DNA of 63,694 bases, the filler included, from Octopus bimaculoides (lineage: Eukaryota), in the NCBI RefSeq assembly GCF_001194135.2. It is 8 parts of 5 records of this genome, joined end to end, with 100 filler letters (N's around TTAATTAATTAA, not from the genome) between each part and the next. Parts side by side here need not be neighbours in the genome. Positions count along the whole stretch, not along the records: positions 11,203 to 15,436 come from NC_068986.1; positions 15,537 to 32,839 come from NC_068982.1; 6 more parts are not named here. One strand, written 5' to 3'. This document shows positions 12,237-25,218 of the stretch, piece by piece. How positions within the stretch are numbered: position 1 is the first letter of the stretch; every line of letters begins with the position of its first letter. The notes under the pieces were generated by a model, which was not told the origin of the DNA, made no database searches, and saw only the letters and a list, made by a program, of their open reading frames with translations. A program made the position numbers and the translations under genes.

Positions 12237-12441
12237 ATAGAAGCGGTAGTGGTGGTGGTGGTGGTGGAGGTAGTAATAGTGGTATTAGCGGTATTAGTGG
12301 TGGTAATAGTAGTAATGTTGTTGGCGATTGCGGTTGTGGTGGCAACAGTGTGGGTAGTAGTATGTCGTGGCAAAGATGCTGTACCTTGGTATTGCTGCAA
12401 TAGCAGCAGCAGCAGCAGCAACAGCAACAAAAACAACAACA

Positions 12442-12476
<35 letters not shown>

Positions 12477-12537
12477 CACTACCACCACCGATCACCACCA
12501 ACACCGACAACCACCACCACCGACAACCACCGCCACC

Positions 12538-12593
<56 letters not shown>

Positions 12594-12621
12594 CACCACT
12601 ACCACCACCGACCACCACCAC
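12095..12621. repeat. Trinucleotide low-complexity region, (TAG/GGT)n switching to (CTA/CCA)n
   Basis: Directly visible strand-composition flip near 12390. Confidence 0.9.
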
Positions 12622-13045
12622 NNNNNNNNNNNNNNNNNNNNNNNNNNNNNNNNNNNNNNNNNNNNNNNNNNNNNNNNNNNNNNNNNNNNNNNNNNNNNNN
12701 NNNNNNNNNNNNNNNNNNNNNNNNNNNNNNNNNNNNNNNNNNNNNNNNNNNNNNNNNNNNNNNNNNNNNNNNNNNNNNNNNNNNNNNNNNNNNNNNNNNN
12801 NNNNNNNNNNNNNNNNNNNNNNNNNNNNNNNNNNNNNNNNNNNNNNNNNNNNNNNNNNNNNNNNNNNNNNNNNNNNNNNNNNNNNNNNNNNNNNNNNNNN
12901 NNNNNNNNNNNNNNNNNNNNNNNNNNNNNNNNNNNNNNNNNNNNNNNNNNNNNNNNNNNNNNNNNNNNNNNNNNNNNNNNNNNNNNNNNNNNNNNNNNNN
13001 NNNNNNNNNNNNNNNNNNNNNNNNNNNNNNNNNNNNNNNNGTATT

Positions 13046-13482
13046 AAGGCGGCGTGCTGGCAGAAACGTTAGCACTACGGGTGAAATGCTTAGCGGTGTT
13101 TCGTCTGCCGTTACGTTCTGAGTTCAAATTCCGCCAAGGTCGACTTTGCCTTTCATCTTTTCGGTGTCGATTAAATAAGTACCAGTTACGCACTGGGGTT
13201 GATATAATCGACTTAATCCCTTTGTCTGTCCTTGTTTGTCCCCTCTATATTTAGTCCCTTTGTAGGCAATAAAGAAATAAGAAACGTTAGCACGCCGGGC
13301 GAAATGTTTAGCGGTATTTCGTCTGTCTTTATGTTCTGAGTTCAAATTCTGCCGAGGTCAACTTTGCCTTTCAGCCTTTGATAGTCGATAAATTAAGTAC
13401 CTGTTGCGCACTGGGGTCTATCTAATCGACTGGCGCCCTCCCTAAAATTTCGGGCCTTGTGCCTAGAGTAGAAAAGAATATT
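13046..13482 (+). mobile_element. Composite SINE: B1 unit joined at AGAAAC to a headless B2 unit
   Basis: B head and core plus tail GGCAATAAAGAAATA, then AGAAACGTTAGCACG (13280) and a second core with the B2 tail GGCCTTGTGCCTAGAGTAGAAAAG. Confidence 0.9.
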
Positions 13483-13663
13483 GGTGGTATTGTGCTGGTG
13501 GTGTAGCAGTTGCTTAAGTGGTAGTAGTAGTAGTTGTGATGGTGATTGCTTATGGCGATTGTGAATATAGTTGTAGTGTCGATGTTGGTGTTGTTGGTAT
13601 ACGTATATACGCTGTGGCTGCACGGTGAAGTGTGTATTTTGAGGGTGTATGAGGATGTATGTA

Positions 13664-14879
13664 CGAATGTCGGCTGAAGAATACATAGGTTGACCAAGAA
13701 AATCTAATGGAATGTGACCAAATGAGGTTTACTTTCCCGCATAGACCCCTTGCGGTCCACGCACTTCTTCCATTTGTGTTGCAGTTCTTGGTTCCCATTG
13801 GTGAAGGAACTTTCATCCTGTTGGTCAAAAACGGTCATCAAACAGCAGAGATGACGTCATCATTACTGCGATGCTGGTTCCTAGCCAAATGTCTTTTTCA
13901 TGTTGAGGAACAGATGATGGTCAGCTGGGGCCAAGTCAGGAGAATGGGGTCGATGGTCAACCATTTCGAAACCACAGCCATGCACAGCAGCCATTGAAAC
14001 CAACGACTTGTGTGTTGATGCATTGTCTTGATGAAACTCTTTTTGTCAGTTTCTCTGGGCATTTGATCTCGATGACCTGTCGTAACAGCCTCAGCAAGTT
14101 GGCATGGTACTCAAACATTGATGATGTGGCCCTTTTGAAGAGAGTCAACAAACACAATGCCTTTTGCATCACAAAAGACTGAGGCCACCACCATTACGGC
14201 AGATGAAACGACCTTGACCCTTTTTTGGAGAAGGTGAAGAGGGATGTTCCCACGGCACGGATTGTATCTTTGTCTCTTGCTTAAAGTGATGAACTTAACA
14301 CTTATCCTAGGTTAGGAGCCGTTCGAGGAAAGCAACTGGATCTGCCTCAAACAATATCAGATTTTCCTGTGATGTGATCAGCCTGATGCACTTCTGTTTA
14401 GTTGGCAGAAGACGCGACACCCACCGAGTAGAAACTTGCGTCATACCAAGTTCATTGTGTAGAATATTCTCAACTCTCACACGGGATATGCTAATAACAT
14501 TGACTGTCTGATTAATAGTAAATCGCCGGTCATCCAACACCATGTAATGAACACGATCAATGTTATAGTCAGTGGTGTCAGTTGCAGGAAGTTCAGATCT
14601 TGGGTCATTTTCAATTCTCTCTCTTCCTCTCCTAAATTCAACAACCCGCTTTTGATAAATTTGGAGCAACCATATCAGCATGAATGTCGATGGGGGATAA
14701 ATACTTTTTCTGCCGGTGCTTCATGACAGTACAGCGCCAATTTTTGCCCATTTTCAAGAGAAATCGTGACTAGTTATTTCTGAAATGTTCTTTGATTAGT
14801 CAGATGTTAGTTTTCCTGGAAAAGAACAATGCACACTCCTTCAGAGCTAGTCTATCAACTTTTCGTTCCACCCTCCTCG
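13664..14879 (-). mobile_element. Near full-length decayed mariner transposon
   Basis: Transposase fragments MGKNWRCTV..LSPIDIHADMVA, EFRRGRERIENDPRS..RWVSRLL, EYHANLLRLLRQ and HRPHSPDLAPADHHLFLNMK; degenerate TIRs beginning CGA; frameshifts present. Confidence 0.95.
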
Positions 14880-14934
14880 TGTGTGTGTGTGTAAGTATGT
14901 GCGCGCGCGTATGTATACATACATACATATATAT

Positions 14935-14983
<49 letters not shown>

Positions 14984-14984
<1 letters not shown>

Positions 14985-15220
14985 TGATTCTTTATTGCCC
15001 ACAAGGGGCTAAACATAGAGGGGACAAACAAGGACAGACAAAAGGATTAAGCCGATTACATCGATCCCCAGTGCATAACTGGTACTTATTTAATCGATCC
15101 CGAAAGGGATGAAAGGCAAATTCGACCTCGGCGGAATTTGAACTCAGAACGTAACAGCAGACGAAATACCGCTAAGCATTTCGCCCGGCGTGCTAACGTT
15201 TCTGCCAGCTCACCGGCCTT
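14984..15220 (-). mobile_element. SINE family B1
   Basis: Near-identical to 10199-10431; sits in a (TA)n tract. Confidence 0.92.
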
Positions 15221-15436
15221 TATATATATCAGTGTTTACAGTTATAGGTCAATGCCTATGTTTGTATGTGTGAGCTTATGCAAACTTGTGTGTTGAATGT
15301 ATGTGCGAATAAGTGGATGTATTCGCACAATGAATGTGTGAGTGAATGTGTACGTTCAAATGCATGTTGTAGTGCATTTGTGTGTTTGTGTATCCATACA
15401 TACGCACATACATACACACATATATGCACATATATA

Positions 15437-15536
15437 NNNNNNNNNNNNNNNNNNNNNNNNNNNNNNNNNNNNNNNNNNNNTTAATTAATTAANNNNNNNN
15501 NNNNNNNNNNNNNNNNNNNNNNNNNNNNNNNNNNNN
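15437..15536. other. Artificial scaffold linker
   Basis: N44-TTAATTAATTAA-N44. Confidence 0.97.
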
Positions 15537-15924
15537 TATAAACACATATATGTGTGTATATATATATGTGCACGTATGTGTGTTTATCACAGCCTTTCTC
15601 TCCAAACACTCACAGATAAATATGTTTGAACCACGCGCACATACATAGATGAGTTGCGGCCAGTGTGATAGTATTGGCTTGTTTAGGCTGCTTAAATGGG
15701 AAGAAGACGATTCAGGAGAGGAGTGGTAATTCTTTTTTAAGGTTATATTGTTGTTCTCATTGTTGTTGGTGGTGGAAATGAATATTGTTGTGAAAGAAAA
15801 GAAAAAAAAAAGAGAGAGAAAAAGCGGAAGTTATCGAAGGGAAACTGTCACGTTTGAATGAATTTTCAGAATTAACTTGAAACAGAGAATGGAGCGATTG
15901 GTGATGCCAACAGTGTCAGTGACG

Positions 15925-16160
15925 ATGCTGCTGCTGCTGCTGCTGCTGCTGGAGATGATGATGATGATGATGATGGTTGGAATATTGATGATGCTGCTGG
16001 TAATGATTACAACAGTTATGATGATCAAGGTGACGATGGTGATGAAGATAATCGTAATGATCTCGATGATCATGAGAGCAGTGAGAAATAATAATCTTGA
16101 TACTAATGATGATGGCAATAATATTGTAATGATAGTAGTGGTGATTATGATGATGTGGGA
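15925..16160. repeat. (CTG)n/(GAT)n low-complexity tract
   Basis: Directly visible. Confidence 0.85.
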
Positions 16161-17178
16161 GAGGCGCAGGAGACCAAGGATGGGGAAAAAAGTACATGGG
16201 AAATGAAGAAGTGGAAACGATGGTTAATTAAATTTGATGCCTCTTACATGCAAATATAAGTTTATTATTTTTCTATCACAAGCATCATTCGTACAGACTT
16301 ATTTAACACATACATACACACACACATACATACATACATACATACATATNNNNNNNNNNNNNNNNNNNNNNNNNNNNNNNNNNNNNNNNNNNNNNNNNNN
16401 NNNNNNNNNNNNNNNNNNNNNNNNNNNNNNNNNNNNNNNNNNNNNNNNNNNNNNNNNNNNNNNNNNNNNNNNNNNNNNNNNNNNNNNNNNNNNNNNNNNN
16501 NNNNNNNNNNNNNNNNNNNNNNNNNNNNNNNNNNNNNNNNNNNNNNNNNNNNNNNNNNNNNNNNNNNNNNNNNNNNNNNNNNNNNNNNNNNNNNNNNNNN
16601 NNNNNNNNNNNNNNNNNNNNNNNNNNNNNNNNNNNNNNNNNNNNNNNNNNNNNNNNNNNNNNNNNNNNNNNNNNNNNNNNNNNNNNNNNNNNNNNNNNNN
16701 NNNNNNNNNNNNNNNNNNNNNNNNNNNNNNNNNNNNNNNNNNNNNNNNNNNNNNNNNNNNNNNNNNNNNNNNNNNNNNNNNNNNNNNNNNNNNNNNNNNN
16801 NNNNNNNNNNNNNNNNNNNNNNNNNNNNNNNNNNNNNNNNNNNNNNNNNNNNNNNNNNNNNNNNNNNNNNNNNNNNNNNNNNNNNNNNNNNNNNNNNNNN
16901 NNNNNNNNNNNNNNNNNNNNNNNNNNNNNNNNNNNNNNNNNNNNNNNNNNNNNNNNNNNNNNNNNNNNNNNNNNNNNNNNNNNNNNNNNNNNNNNNNNNN
17001 NNNNNNNNNNNNNNNNNNNNNNNNNNNNNNNNNNNNNNNNNNNNNNNNNNNNNNNNNNNNNNNNNNNNNNNNNNNNNNNNNNNNNNNNNNNNNNNNNNNN
17101 NNNNNNNNNNNNNNNNNNNNNNNNNNNNNNNNNNNNNNNNNNNNNNNNNNNNNNNNNNNNNNNNNNNNNNNNNNNNNN

Positions 17179-17247
17179 GACATAAACATGCCAACGTCGG
17201 TTAAGCGATGGTGGGGATACAAACACAGACACACAAATGCACACAAA

Positions 17248-17303
<56 letters not shown>

Positions 17304-17462
17304 CGATGGGCCTCTTTCCATTTCCGTCTACCAAATCCCCTCACAAGTTTTTGGTCTACTCGAGGCTCTAGTAGCACTCGCCGAAGGTGTCATGCAGTGG
17401 GACTGATCCGGGACCATGTGGTTGGGAAGCAAGCTTCATACCACGCAGCCATTCCCAGCCTG
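17179..17462 (-). mobile_element. Composite SINE C/D with internal (TA)n(TG)n
   Basis: Homologous to 42914-43320; truncated by an N gap. Confidence 0.85.
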
Positions 17463-17549
17463 TATATATATATATAAATTGCAAACCAAAATAAAAGACT
17501 GGAATAAATCAACAAATTAACTTTAAGTGAACATTAGCAAAATAGGAGT

Positions 17550-17588
17550 GGAAACGACATTTCGAATATGGCTCTTCGTCGGAAAAAG
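17550..17588 (-). ncRNA. Minimal hammerhead-like motif (variant core), PLE-terminus-like
   Basis: Minus strand CCGACGA-A-GAGC-CAT-ATTC-GAAA-TG-TC; element end runs into (TA)n at ~17470; stem I not supported. Confidence 0.4.
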
Positions 17589-17829
17589 GAAATAGACCCA
17601 GAAGATAGTTTGGAGAAAGCACGGATGTTGTTACGGGTTTTATCATTAACTGTAGAACACGATTATCTTTACCCAAATTCCGATTTCAACAAATTTATTT
17701 AACACCTTTATGTAATTGCTTTAATATTAACCACGATACAGCTGACATACCAGTAAAGTTTTCGAGTATTAGACTCCTTTAAATACTTGTTCAACCTACA
17801 GCAAATCTTTTCCATTGCGTTCTACTCTT

Positions 17830-17937
<108 letters not shown>

Positions 17938-18517
17938 ACAATCCTGCAGTCAATTTATCTCTCATTGAGTCGTCACTCTATCGTATTTGTGGTTTCAGTT
18001 CCTATCATACAGCTATGGTCATATATTTCCCAATGAAAATAAATGCGTCGTCAGTCATTTTTTTTTTCTCATTAGTCCATCAGGTGTAACGATATGCGTT
18101 CTTATATCTGTTCGAAGTAGTGATAATATTTTAATAATTCTTTCCTTATATAACAAAATGCACCGACCAACAGTGTCGATTAGAAGAATTTCCTAGCCCC
18201 AAATAATAGATTCATGCTTCCGCCGATGTGAAAACATTTAAACTTTATAAATGGCAAAAACAAAAAAGACGTCAAAGCTCCTTCGTCATATGTAAACCTT
18301 TCATTCTCGTTTATTCCTTATAATCAAAACGTTTTTGAATTGAGGCTTTGTTATACTGGGTGATGGCATCACTATGAGTGAGTGGACAAACTAAAGAAAG
18401 TGGCACTCAGTACAATTGCTTCATTTATTATTTTATAACAGTTTCATTTAACTCTATGCAGCTTTAAGTTTTCATTTTACTCGCTCACGAAATCAAGTTT
18501 CTTTTATGTCTTTCATT

Positions 18518-18830
18518 ATTTTTACTTGTTTCAGTCATTTGATTGCATCCATGCTGAACCACCACCTTTAGTCGAACAAATAGACCCCAGGAGTTCTTCT
18601 CTGTATGCCTAGTACTTATTCTATCGGTCTCCTTAGTTGAGCTGCTAAGGTACGGGGACGATATACGACGGGTTTCTTTCACTTTCCGTCCACCAAATCC
18701 ACTCACAAGTTTTAGGGTGGCCCGAACATATAGTAGAAGACACTTGCCCAAGGTGCCACATACCGGGACTGAACCCAGAACCATGTGATTGGGAAGCAAG
18801 CGTCTTAACACACAGCCATGCCTGCGCCTA
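18518..18830 (-). mobile_element. Composite SINE C/D
   Basis: Homologous to 6375-6678 and 42914-43320. Confidence 0.88.
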
Positions 18831-18999
18831 TAAAGTGAAGAGATGTAATAGGGTTCTCATTTGAGGAGGTCGCTGAATCAATTTGCTATAAAATCATATA
18901 AATGGCCGCTACCACACAGTTTGTCTTCACTATTTGGTAAAACTGAAGCATCTTTTAAGACAATCACAGCAAATTCCTATATTATAAACAATAAATCAT

Positions 19000-19095
19000 A
19001 GGTGCAGAAATGGCTGTGTGGTAAGAAGATTGCTTCCCAACTACATGGCTCCGAGTTCAGTCCCACTGCATGGCACCTTGTGCAAGTGTCCTTTA
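19000..19095 (+). mobile_element. SINE family C head fragment
   Basis: TGGCTGTGTGGTAAG..GAGTTCAGTCCCACTGCATGGCACCTTG. Confidence 0.8.
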
Positions 19096-20291
19096 AACTT
19101 TAACATGTTTCGTTGCTTACATAAATATTTTAATATCAATTTTGCTGATATAATTGAATGTTAAAGCCTGAAGAAAACAAAGTTCAGTTCTAGAACTATA
19201 AAAACTCTTTCATCAAACTGTATAAAATTAGTGACATTCTCTTGTTTCATGGAGAGAATGGTATTTGTTCTAAAGTAAAATTCAATTGGGGACATTTCTT
19301 GCCTAATATGCTTTTATACCTATCTTTCACATCTTGGTGCTTTCTACACTCTCTCCTAACTCAAACAATCCGTTTCATTTATTTCCTCACCCCTTTTTTC
19401 TCAGAGTTTTCAGCACAAATCCTGCAAGCGATGCATTCAATACAGGTTAAACTTTCACTGTACTTGTATTTATTGCAACAATTGGAATTTAGCAATTAAA
19501 ACTGAACAGCAACGGTATCAGAATACTGGTATCGGAGTGCATGTGAAGGCGCTCTGCACAATTCCATTCTCCTGGCCAAACTAATACAAAAATATATCTG
19601 TTTGCGTGTGTCTTCATCATTTAATTCAGTTTTCTCTCACAATACATCGCATTTGTCACGTTCACTGGATAGCGTTAAAATATTACATAGCAACAAGTTA
19701 TGTATGGATATCTAGTTTTCAGTTTTGAAATATCACAGATGCAATGTTTTCCGCACACAGATTGCCAACATATAATTGTGACTGGAGAAAATATTTATGC
19801 TTTATTCACAGAAAGACACAAAAAATAAATAAAACTCAAACGCCCGTTCTGGGAATTTTCATTTTTTTTTAATGCATTTCGTTTCTCTCAGTTGATACAG
19901 TGAGTGAATTCGTAAAATGGTAATCATAAGAGTTAAGTTAGTGACATATCGATTGTCTCTTTATTGATTATTGATATTTAGTATGTTTAGTCTGCGTTAC
20001 TAAACATGTTTCCATTATGCTCAGTTTGAAATATATATATATATATATATATAATTTAAAATTTAAGGATAAAATTTTTTAAAAAATTATCAGTGGCCAG
20101 CGTATAAAATAGATAAAAATCAGTGGCCAGCATATAAAAATAGATAAATAAAAAGGTGAAATATATATAATTATAATAAAAGGCATACGTATGTAACTTT
20201 ATGATGAACTTTAATGTGGCTGGACGATTTAGCGTCTATTTTCAGCATATAGGCTAGAATATTTCTATGCCCTTAATTATATTTATTCTTG

Positions 20292-20413
<122 letters not shown>

Positions 20414-23116
20414 CACACACAGATAGATAGATAGATAGATAGAGATGGAGTAGAGCTTTACTTTTAGACATGCACTTAAAACACAACTACATTCTAGGTT
20501 GTTCTTTTTAAAGACATGTGAACCTCAGTTCCCTACAGTTTGTTTAAAACAATGGTATGCTGGACTCTGCAGTTATAATTTCTATCCCTAGACATAAAAT
20601 ACATAAACAGAAAATAAGTACCTCGCGGATGGTTTATAGATCTAACAATCGGAAATCTAAGCTACAGTATTAATGTGAGCATAAGTCAATAAAAAAAGAC
20701 CCTGCTCAAGACAAAGACATCAAGCCATGACAATACCACTTCATCCCGAAGTTTTCACTATGAAAATATATAAATTATGATGGTGGGGTTCGCAACTTTA
20801 CTCCGAACAAAAACAGCGAGAAAATCGGAGAAAATCGGAGAAAACTATGAAAATATGTTAGATATTAGAGAGGAAACTATTGAAGACATTCGTATTTCGA
20901 ACATGATTATAATACATGCATTCACACGTGTCTTACATACATATATTTATGTGTATGCGCCTGTGTGTGCATTACGAGAATATATGCCTAAACTGATGTT
21001 CATGCAGTTGTATATCCTTGTAAATATATAGCCTGTATGAGTGTGCATGAATATTCAGTTAAGTAATTGCGCGGTGTCTATGTACACGTGTGTATGCATA
21101 TGAATGAATAACTTGTCAGTGCAAATAGATGTGCGCCTATGTGCTTAGGCGCGCACTTGCATAGCTCTACGGATATGTTTGTAAATTAATAAGGTCTGCA
21201 GTGCGTGTATACGCATATATTTTGTAGAAATATATGCATGTGCACGTATGTACACGTGTGTCATTGCTGTTCGCCTGAGATAAACATACAGATGTGTATA
21301 AAAATACTAAATGATGCACGGCCTCTTTTGGACATTCTACGTATCGTCTTTCATCTTACGTGTTTAAAATTATGTTTTGTAATTTGAAGTCTTTTTCTCA
21401 GTATAACCTTTTTCTATTTCATTCTATTCCAACTCTTTTCCGTTCTACGTTTCCACCTTTTTCATTTACGTAATATCGATTTACTCATATTCTCTATAAC
21501 AAGCGCTTTTTCCTGGGAAAATATATTTCCCTGGAGAAGTTTTCGTCAATGTTTTCATGAAATCCTTTATGTTATTCCATATAATTTTCTATGGCAATTC
21601 ATTGTCAGACGGAGGCATTTTACACACGCATGGTCACTAATCTCAACTACAAAGATTCTGCACCTGACATACATAGAAGGATAACACCCTGTCATTAAGT
21701 AATCAACGTCCAGCTTTTGATTGAAATATTCCCTGGACATGTTGAGTTATGGATTTGTGTTTAAAAACAATATACATCGGAGGGAGGCGAAAATCACATT
21801 GTTTCCGTGATATATATGAGAAAAAGTCTTCAATTACATAGGCATTGATGATTTACCTCTAAATTTTCTAATTATTTTATGAAATGAGACTTATATAGGG
21901 GAGCGTATATGTATTTTATACATACACACATATGCAAAAGACGAAAAAATAGAGGGAGACTAACAATAAAATGATGCGTATATTAGAGTGAAATGTGTTT
22001 ATATATGTGTGAGAGAGTGGGATATATTGGTACGAGTACCTGTACCTGTGTGTATTCCTCCCAAGAGGTGGAAACCGTTACATTCGAGCATAAGTACTCC
22101 GTTCAGACCCTGTTATAACCTTTCTAATATTGAGTGAAAAAAAAAAACAGAAATCATTGATTGACATGTCCCAGCATGGTCGCAGTTAAATAATTAACTG
22201 TTTAAATATCTACGTGTTTAAATAGCAATGATGTAGGTTCGATACGTTGGTCCATCGGAAGAATAAGCATTTTTTAGAGATTTAATTTTGAAAAGCTGCA
22301 GAAGTCTGCAACATGCATCGTAACCCCCAGTAAGTTTCTAGAAGTACGAGTTTATATAGAACCCCAGGTATTTATTTAGATATCTTATCTGCTACGATAA
22401 TGTCGTTCGTGGAACTGGCAGGTGTACTATGCTTTAGAAATTTGTTTGTCGCATTTTATTCATGATGCCCTCAGAAGAGAAAGGGTAGCGTCATGACACA
22501 ATTGCAGGACCACCAGAATTGATGGGGAGACTAAACTAACACATAGGGGCTTGCTGCTGACCAGAATACCCAAACAAAATAGACTGCTCTATAGCTGCAT
22601 CCTAATCCGGAAGGTCGTCTTAAAGCGGTTGATGGATGAAAACTATCACTTTATTTATACTTAGGGCATAGGGATTTTATTTCAAAATATGCTAGCCAAA
22701 TAGATACTTCAGTGACTAATTATATTTACATTCCAAGTGATTCTCGCCACGAGACCTTAAAGCTTCGAAATGAATTTTTCATCCACACAGCTATGACTGA
22801 GCCTGAATGGTATAACAATCAAATTGAATGTTCATGCTCGAAGCAACTTTAAGTGTCCGAAGTAGAAAACATTGCAGCCTTCATTTCCGGACATGTCTCA
22901 CCTTGGGCCATATTTAGTCTTCAGTAACTTAGCCACGGCAGTTAAATGATCTCGTCATGCGCAGTGTCGCCGATACAGCTATCAACTTTTGGCTTCTAGA
23001 ACACTTTCTACACTCCCATTGGTAGTTACCAATGAGCTACTAATAGACTCTTTATGTCTATTAATTCTTTTAAAATGCTCCATCCCTCCTTCTCTCCATT
23101 TTCTATTCTCCACCGC

Positions 23117-23161
<45 letters not shown>

Positions 23162-23777
23162 GGCTCATCATCTCCCCTCTTTCAGCCTCTCACCCGCATT
23201 CTCTATATCTCTCAGTTTTATATTATATCTCAGTCACAAATTTTCTATCACTGACAGAGGGAATATATTTATCTTTCTCAATAAACGACCAGTCTCATAA
23301 AATGACTGTAAACTATGGCAGTGAAAAGGCCTTAAATAAACGTAATTATGTGCTACTCTAATCGAACGTAGTACCTGAAGCTGTCCGCTATTCCAATTAA
23401 AGACGCCTACATAACCGCATCCGACGTGAATCAGTTTCTCCAAGCTGTCTCCTTATAATTCAATATAACAGCTTTTAGTAGTTTATTTCAATGTTTCTTA
23501 TCCACACTTTCTACTTCTCATTTTCACGTCTTTTTCTCTATTTCTCCACGCCCATTAGTTGTCTTCGTTTCTCTCTTCACTTTAACACTCGTTGCTATAA
23601 AATTGGAAGAATTTGTGTCTGTGAAGATAACATTTTGTCAAACAGCCTTGCAGTCCGTTAGTTCGTGTTCCTTTGTGGTAAAATTTGTTTAAATGCAACT
23701 GAAATGAATCAGAAAAGATATTGTATATCGAGAAGCATGAACTCAATATTTCAATTTTTTTAATTATTTACTCTTAT

Positions 23778-23990
23778 TGCGTGAGCTGGCATAATTGTTA
23801 GAGCGTTGTACAAAATCTCTTGCGGATTTTCTTCCGACTCATTACGCTCTGATTTCAAATTCCGCTGGGAGTCAGTTTATCCTTTAATCCATTCAATAAA
23901 GTGAAATACCAATATTGCAACTGGGGTCAATGCTTTCGAATAAAACACTCCCCTCGAAATTGCCGCTCTGTTCCTAAAACTTAAAACCCT
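23778..23990 (+). mobile_element. Degenerate SINE family B2
   Basis: GTGAGCTGGCATAATTGTTAG..TTCAAATTCCGC..ACTGGGGTCAATG. Confidence 0.7.
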
Positions 23991-24049
23991 TGTTATTCTT
24001 ATGAAATGCTACTTTAGCTAAGGCAGAGGTAATAATTAGAAAGATATAC

Positions 24050-24135
24050 AGTACAGTATTGATTATACTTCGCGGATTTTCACCTATCGCGGGGAGTTTT
24101 GGAACGTTACACCCGCGATAGCTGAGCCGATTACC
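24050..24135. mobile_element. Collapsed Tigger/pogo-like MITE remnant
   Basis: Begins TACAGT; perfect 10-bp inverted repeat CTATCGCGGG (24084-24093) / CCCGCGATAG (24112-24121); GGAACGTTACACCCGCGATA resembles pogo-type ends. Confidence 0.45.
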
Positions 24136-24203
24136 TTAATCGACTTTCCCCCTCACCCAAAATTGCTCGCCTTGTCTCAAAAATTTGAAATCATTATTAT
24201 TAT

Positions 24204-24300
24204 AGGCGGCAATTTGACAGAATCGTTAGTACGCCAGGAAAAATGCATGACAGCATTTCGTGTGTCTTTATGTTCTGAGTTCAAATTCTGCCGGGGTTTA
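24204..24300 (+). mobile_element. SINE family B 5' fragment
   Basis: AGGCGGCAATTTGACAGAATCGTTAG..GAGTTCAAATTCTGCCG. Confidence 0.75.
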
Positions 24301-24547
24301 CTGTCATTCATTGTCACAAAGTTCGGCTTAAATTCAACTGAAGTCGAAGTCATGGTTGATTTTAACAGGATAAAAGTCTCAATCGAATACCAGTGTCTAT
24401 GTAATCGACTCTCTACTGCCACCACTATTGAAAGCTACTGGCTTTGATCTAAAGTTAAAATTATTTAATTTAATGTCCCTATCTGTTGTAGAAAATTATA
24501 TTCGGTTATGTATGATTTTGCTTTCTTTTATTAAATGGTGATCATGT

Positions 24548-24840
24548 GTGGAGGCACAATGGCCCAGTGACTCGGGCAGCGTACTGGTGGTCATAGGATC
24601 GCGCTTTCGATTCCCCGACCGGGTGTTGTGAATGTTATTAAGAGAAAACACTTAAAGCGCCACGAGGCTCCTGTTTCTGTTGTACCTGTATTTCAAAGAA
24701 CCATTCTTGTCACACTGTGTCACGCTGAGTCCCCCCGAGAACTACGCTAACGGTACACGTGTCTGTGGAGTGCTCAGCCACTTGCACGTTAATTTCACGA
24801 GCAAGCTGTTCCGCAGTCGGATCAACCGACGGAGTGCCAC
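24548..24840 (+). mobile_element. SINE family A (head type 2) with two internal deletions
   Basis: Perfect 11-bp TSD GGTGATCATGT (24537-24547, 24841-24851); homologous to 8250-8633. Confidence 0.92.
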
Positions 24841-24943
24841 GGTGATCATGTAAAATGCGTATGCTATGATTTTGTTCGAGCACATTTTGATATTTCGTGC
24901 CGTGATGCTCATGTTTATTGTTCCACTTATTATTGCTATTACT

Positions 24944-25165
24944 AAGGCGGTGTTCCGGTGGGAAAATCGTTAGCACACTTGGCAAAATACTTATCGCATT
25001 TGGTCTGTCATAACGTTCTGACATCAAATTGTGCCAAAGTCGACTTTGCCTTTTATCCTATCGTTGTCTTTAAAATAAGTACCAGCTAAGTGCTTGGGTT
25101 GATGTAATCGACTTACCCCCTATCCAGAAATTAATGGCCTTGTGCCAAAATGTGAATTCGTTATT
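24944..25165 (+). mobile_element. Degenerate SINE family B2
   Basis: AAGGCGG head, GTCGACTTTGCC core, GGCCTTGTGCC tail. Confidence 0.75.
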
Positions 25166-25218
25166 ACTGCCCTCGCTCACACCCTGCTTGATTCCCTTTC
25201 GTGATATTTGCATTCTGG

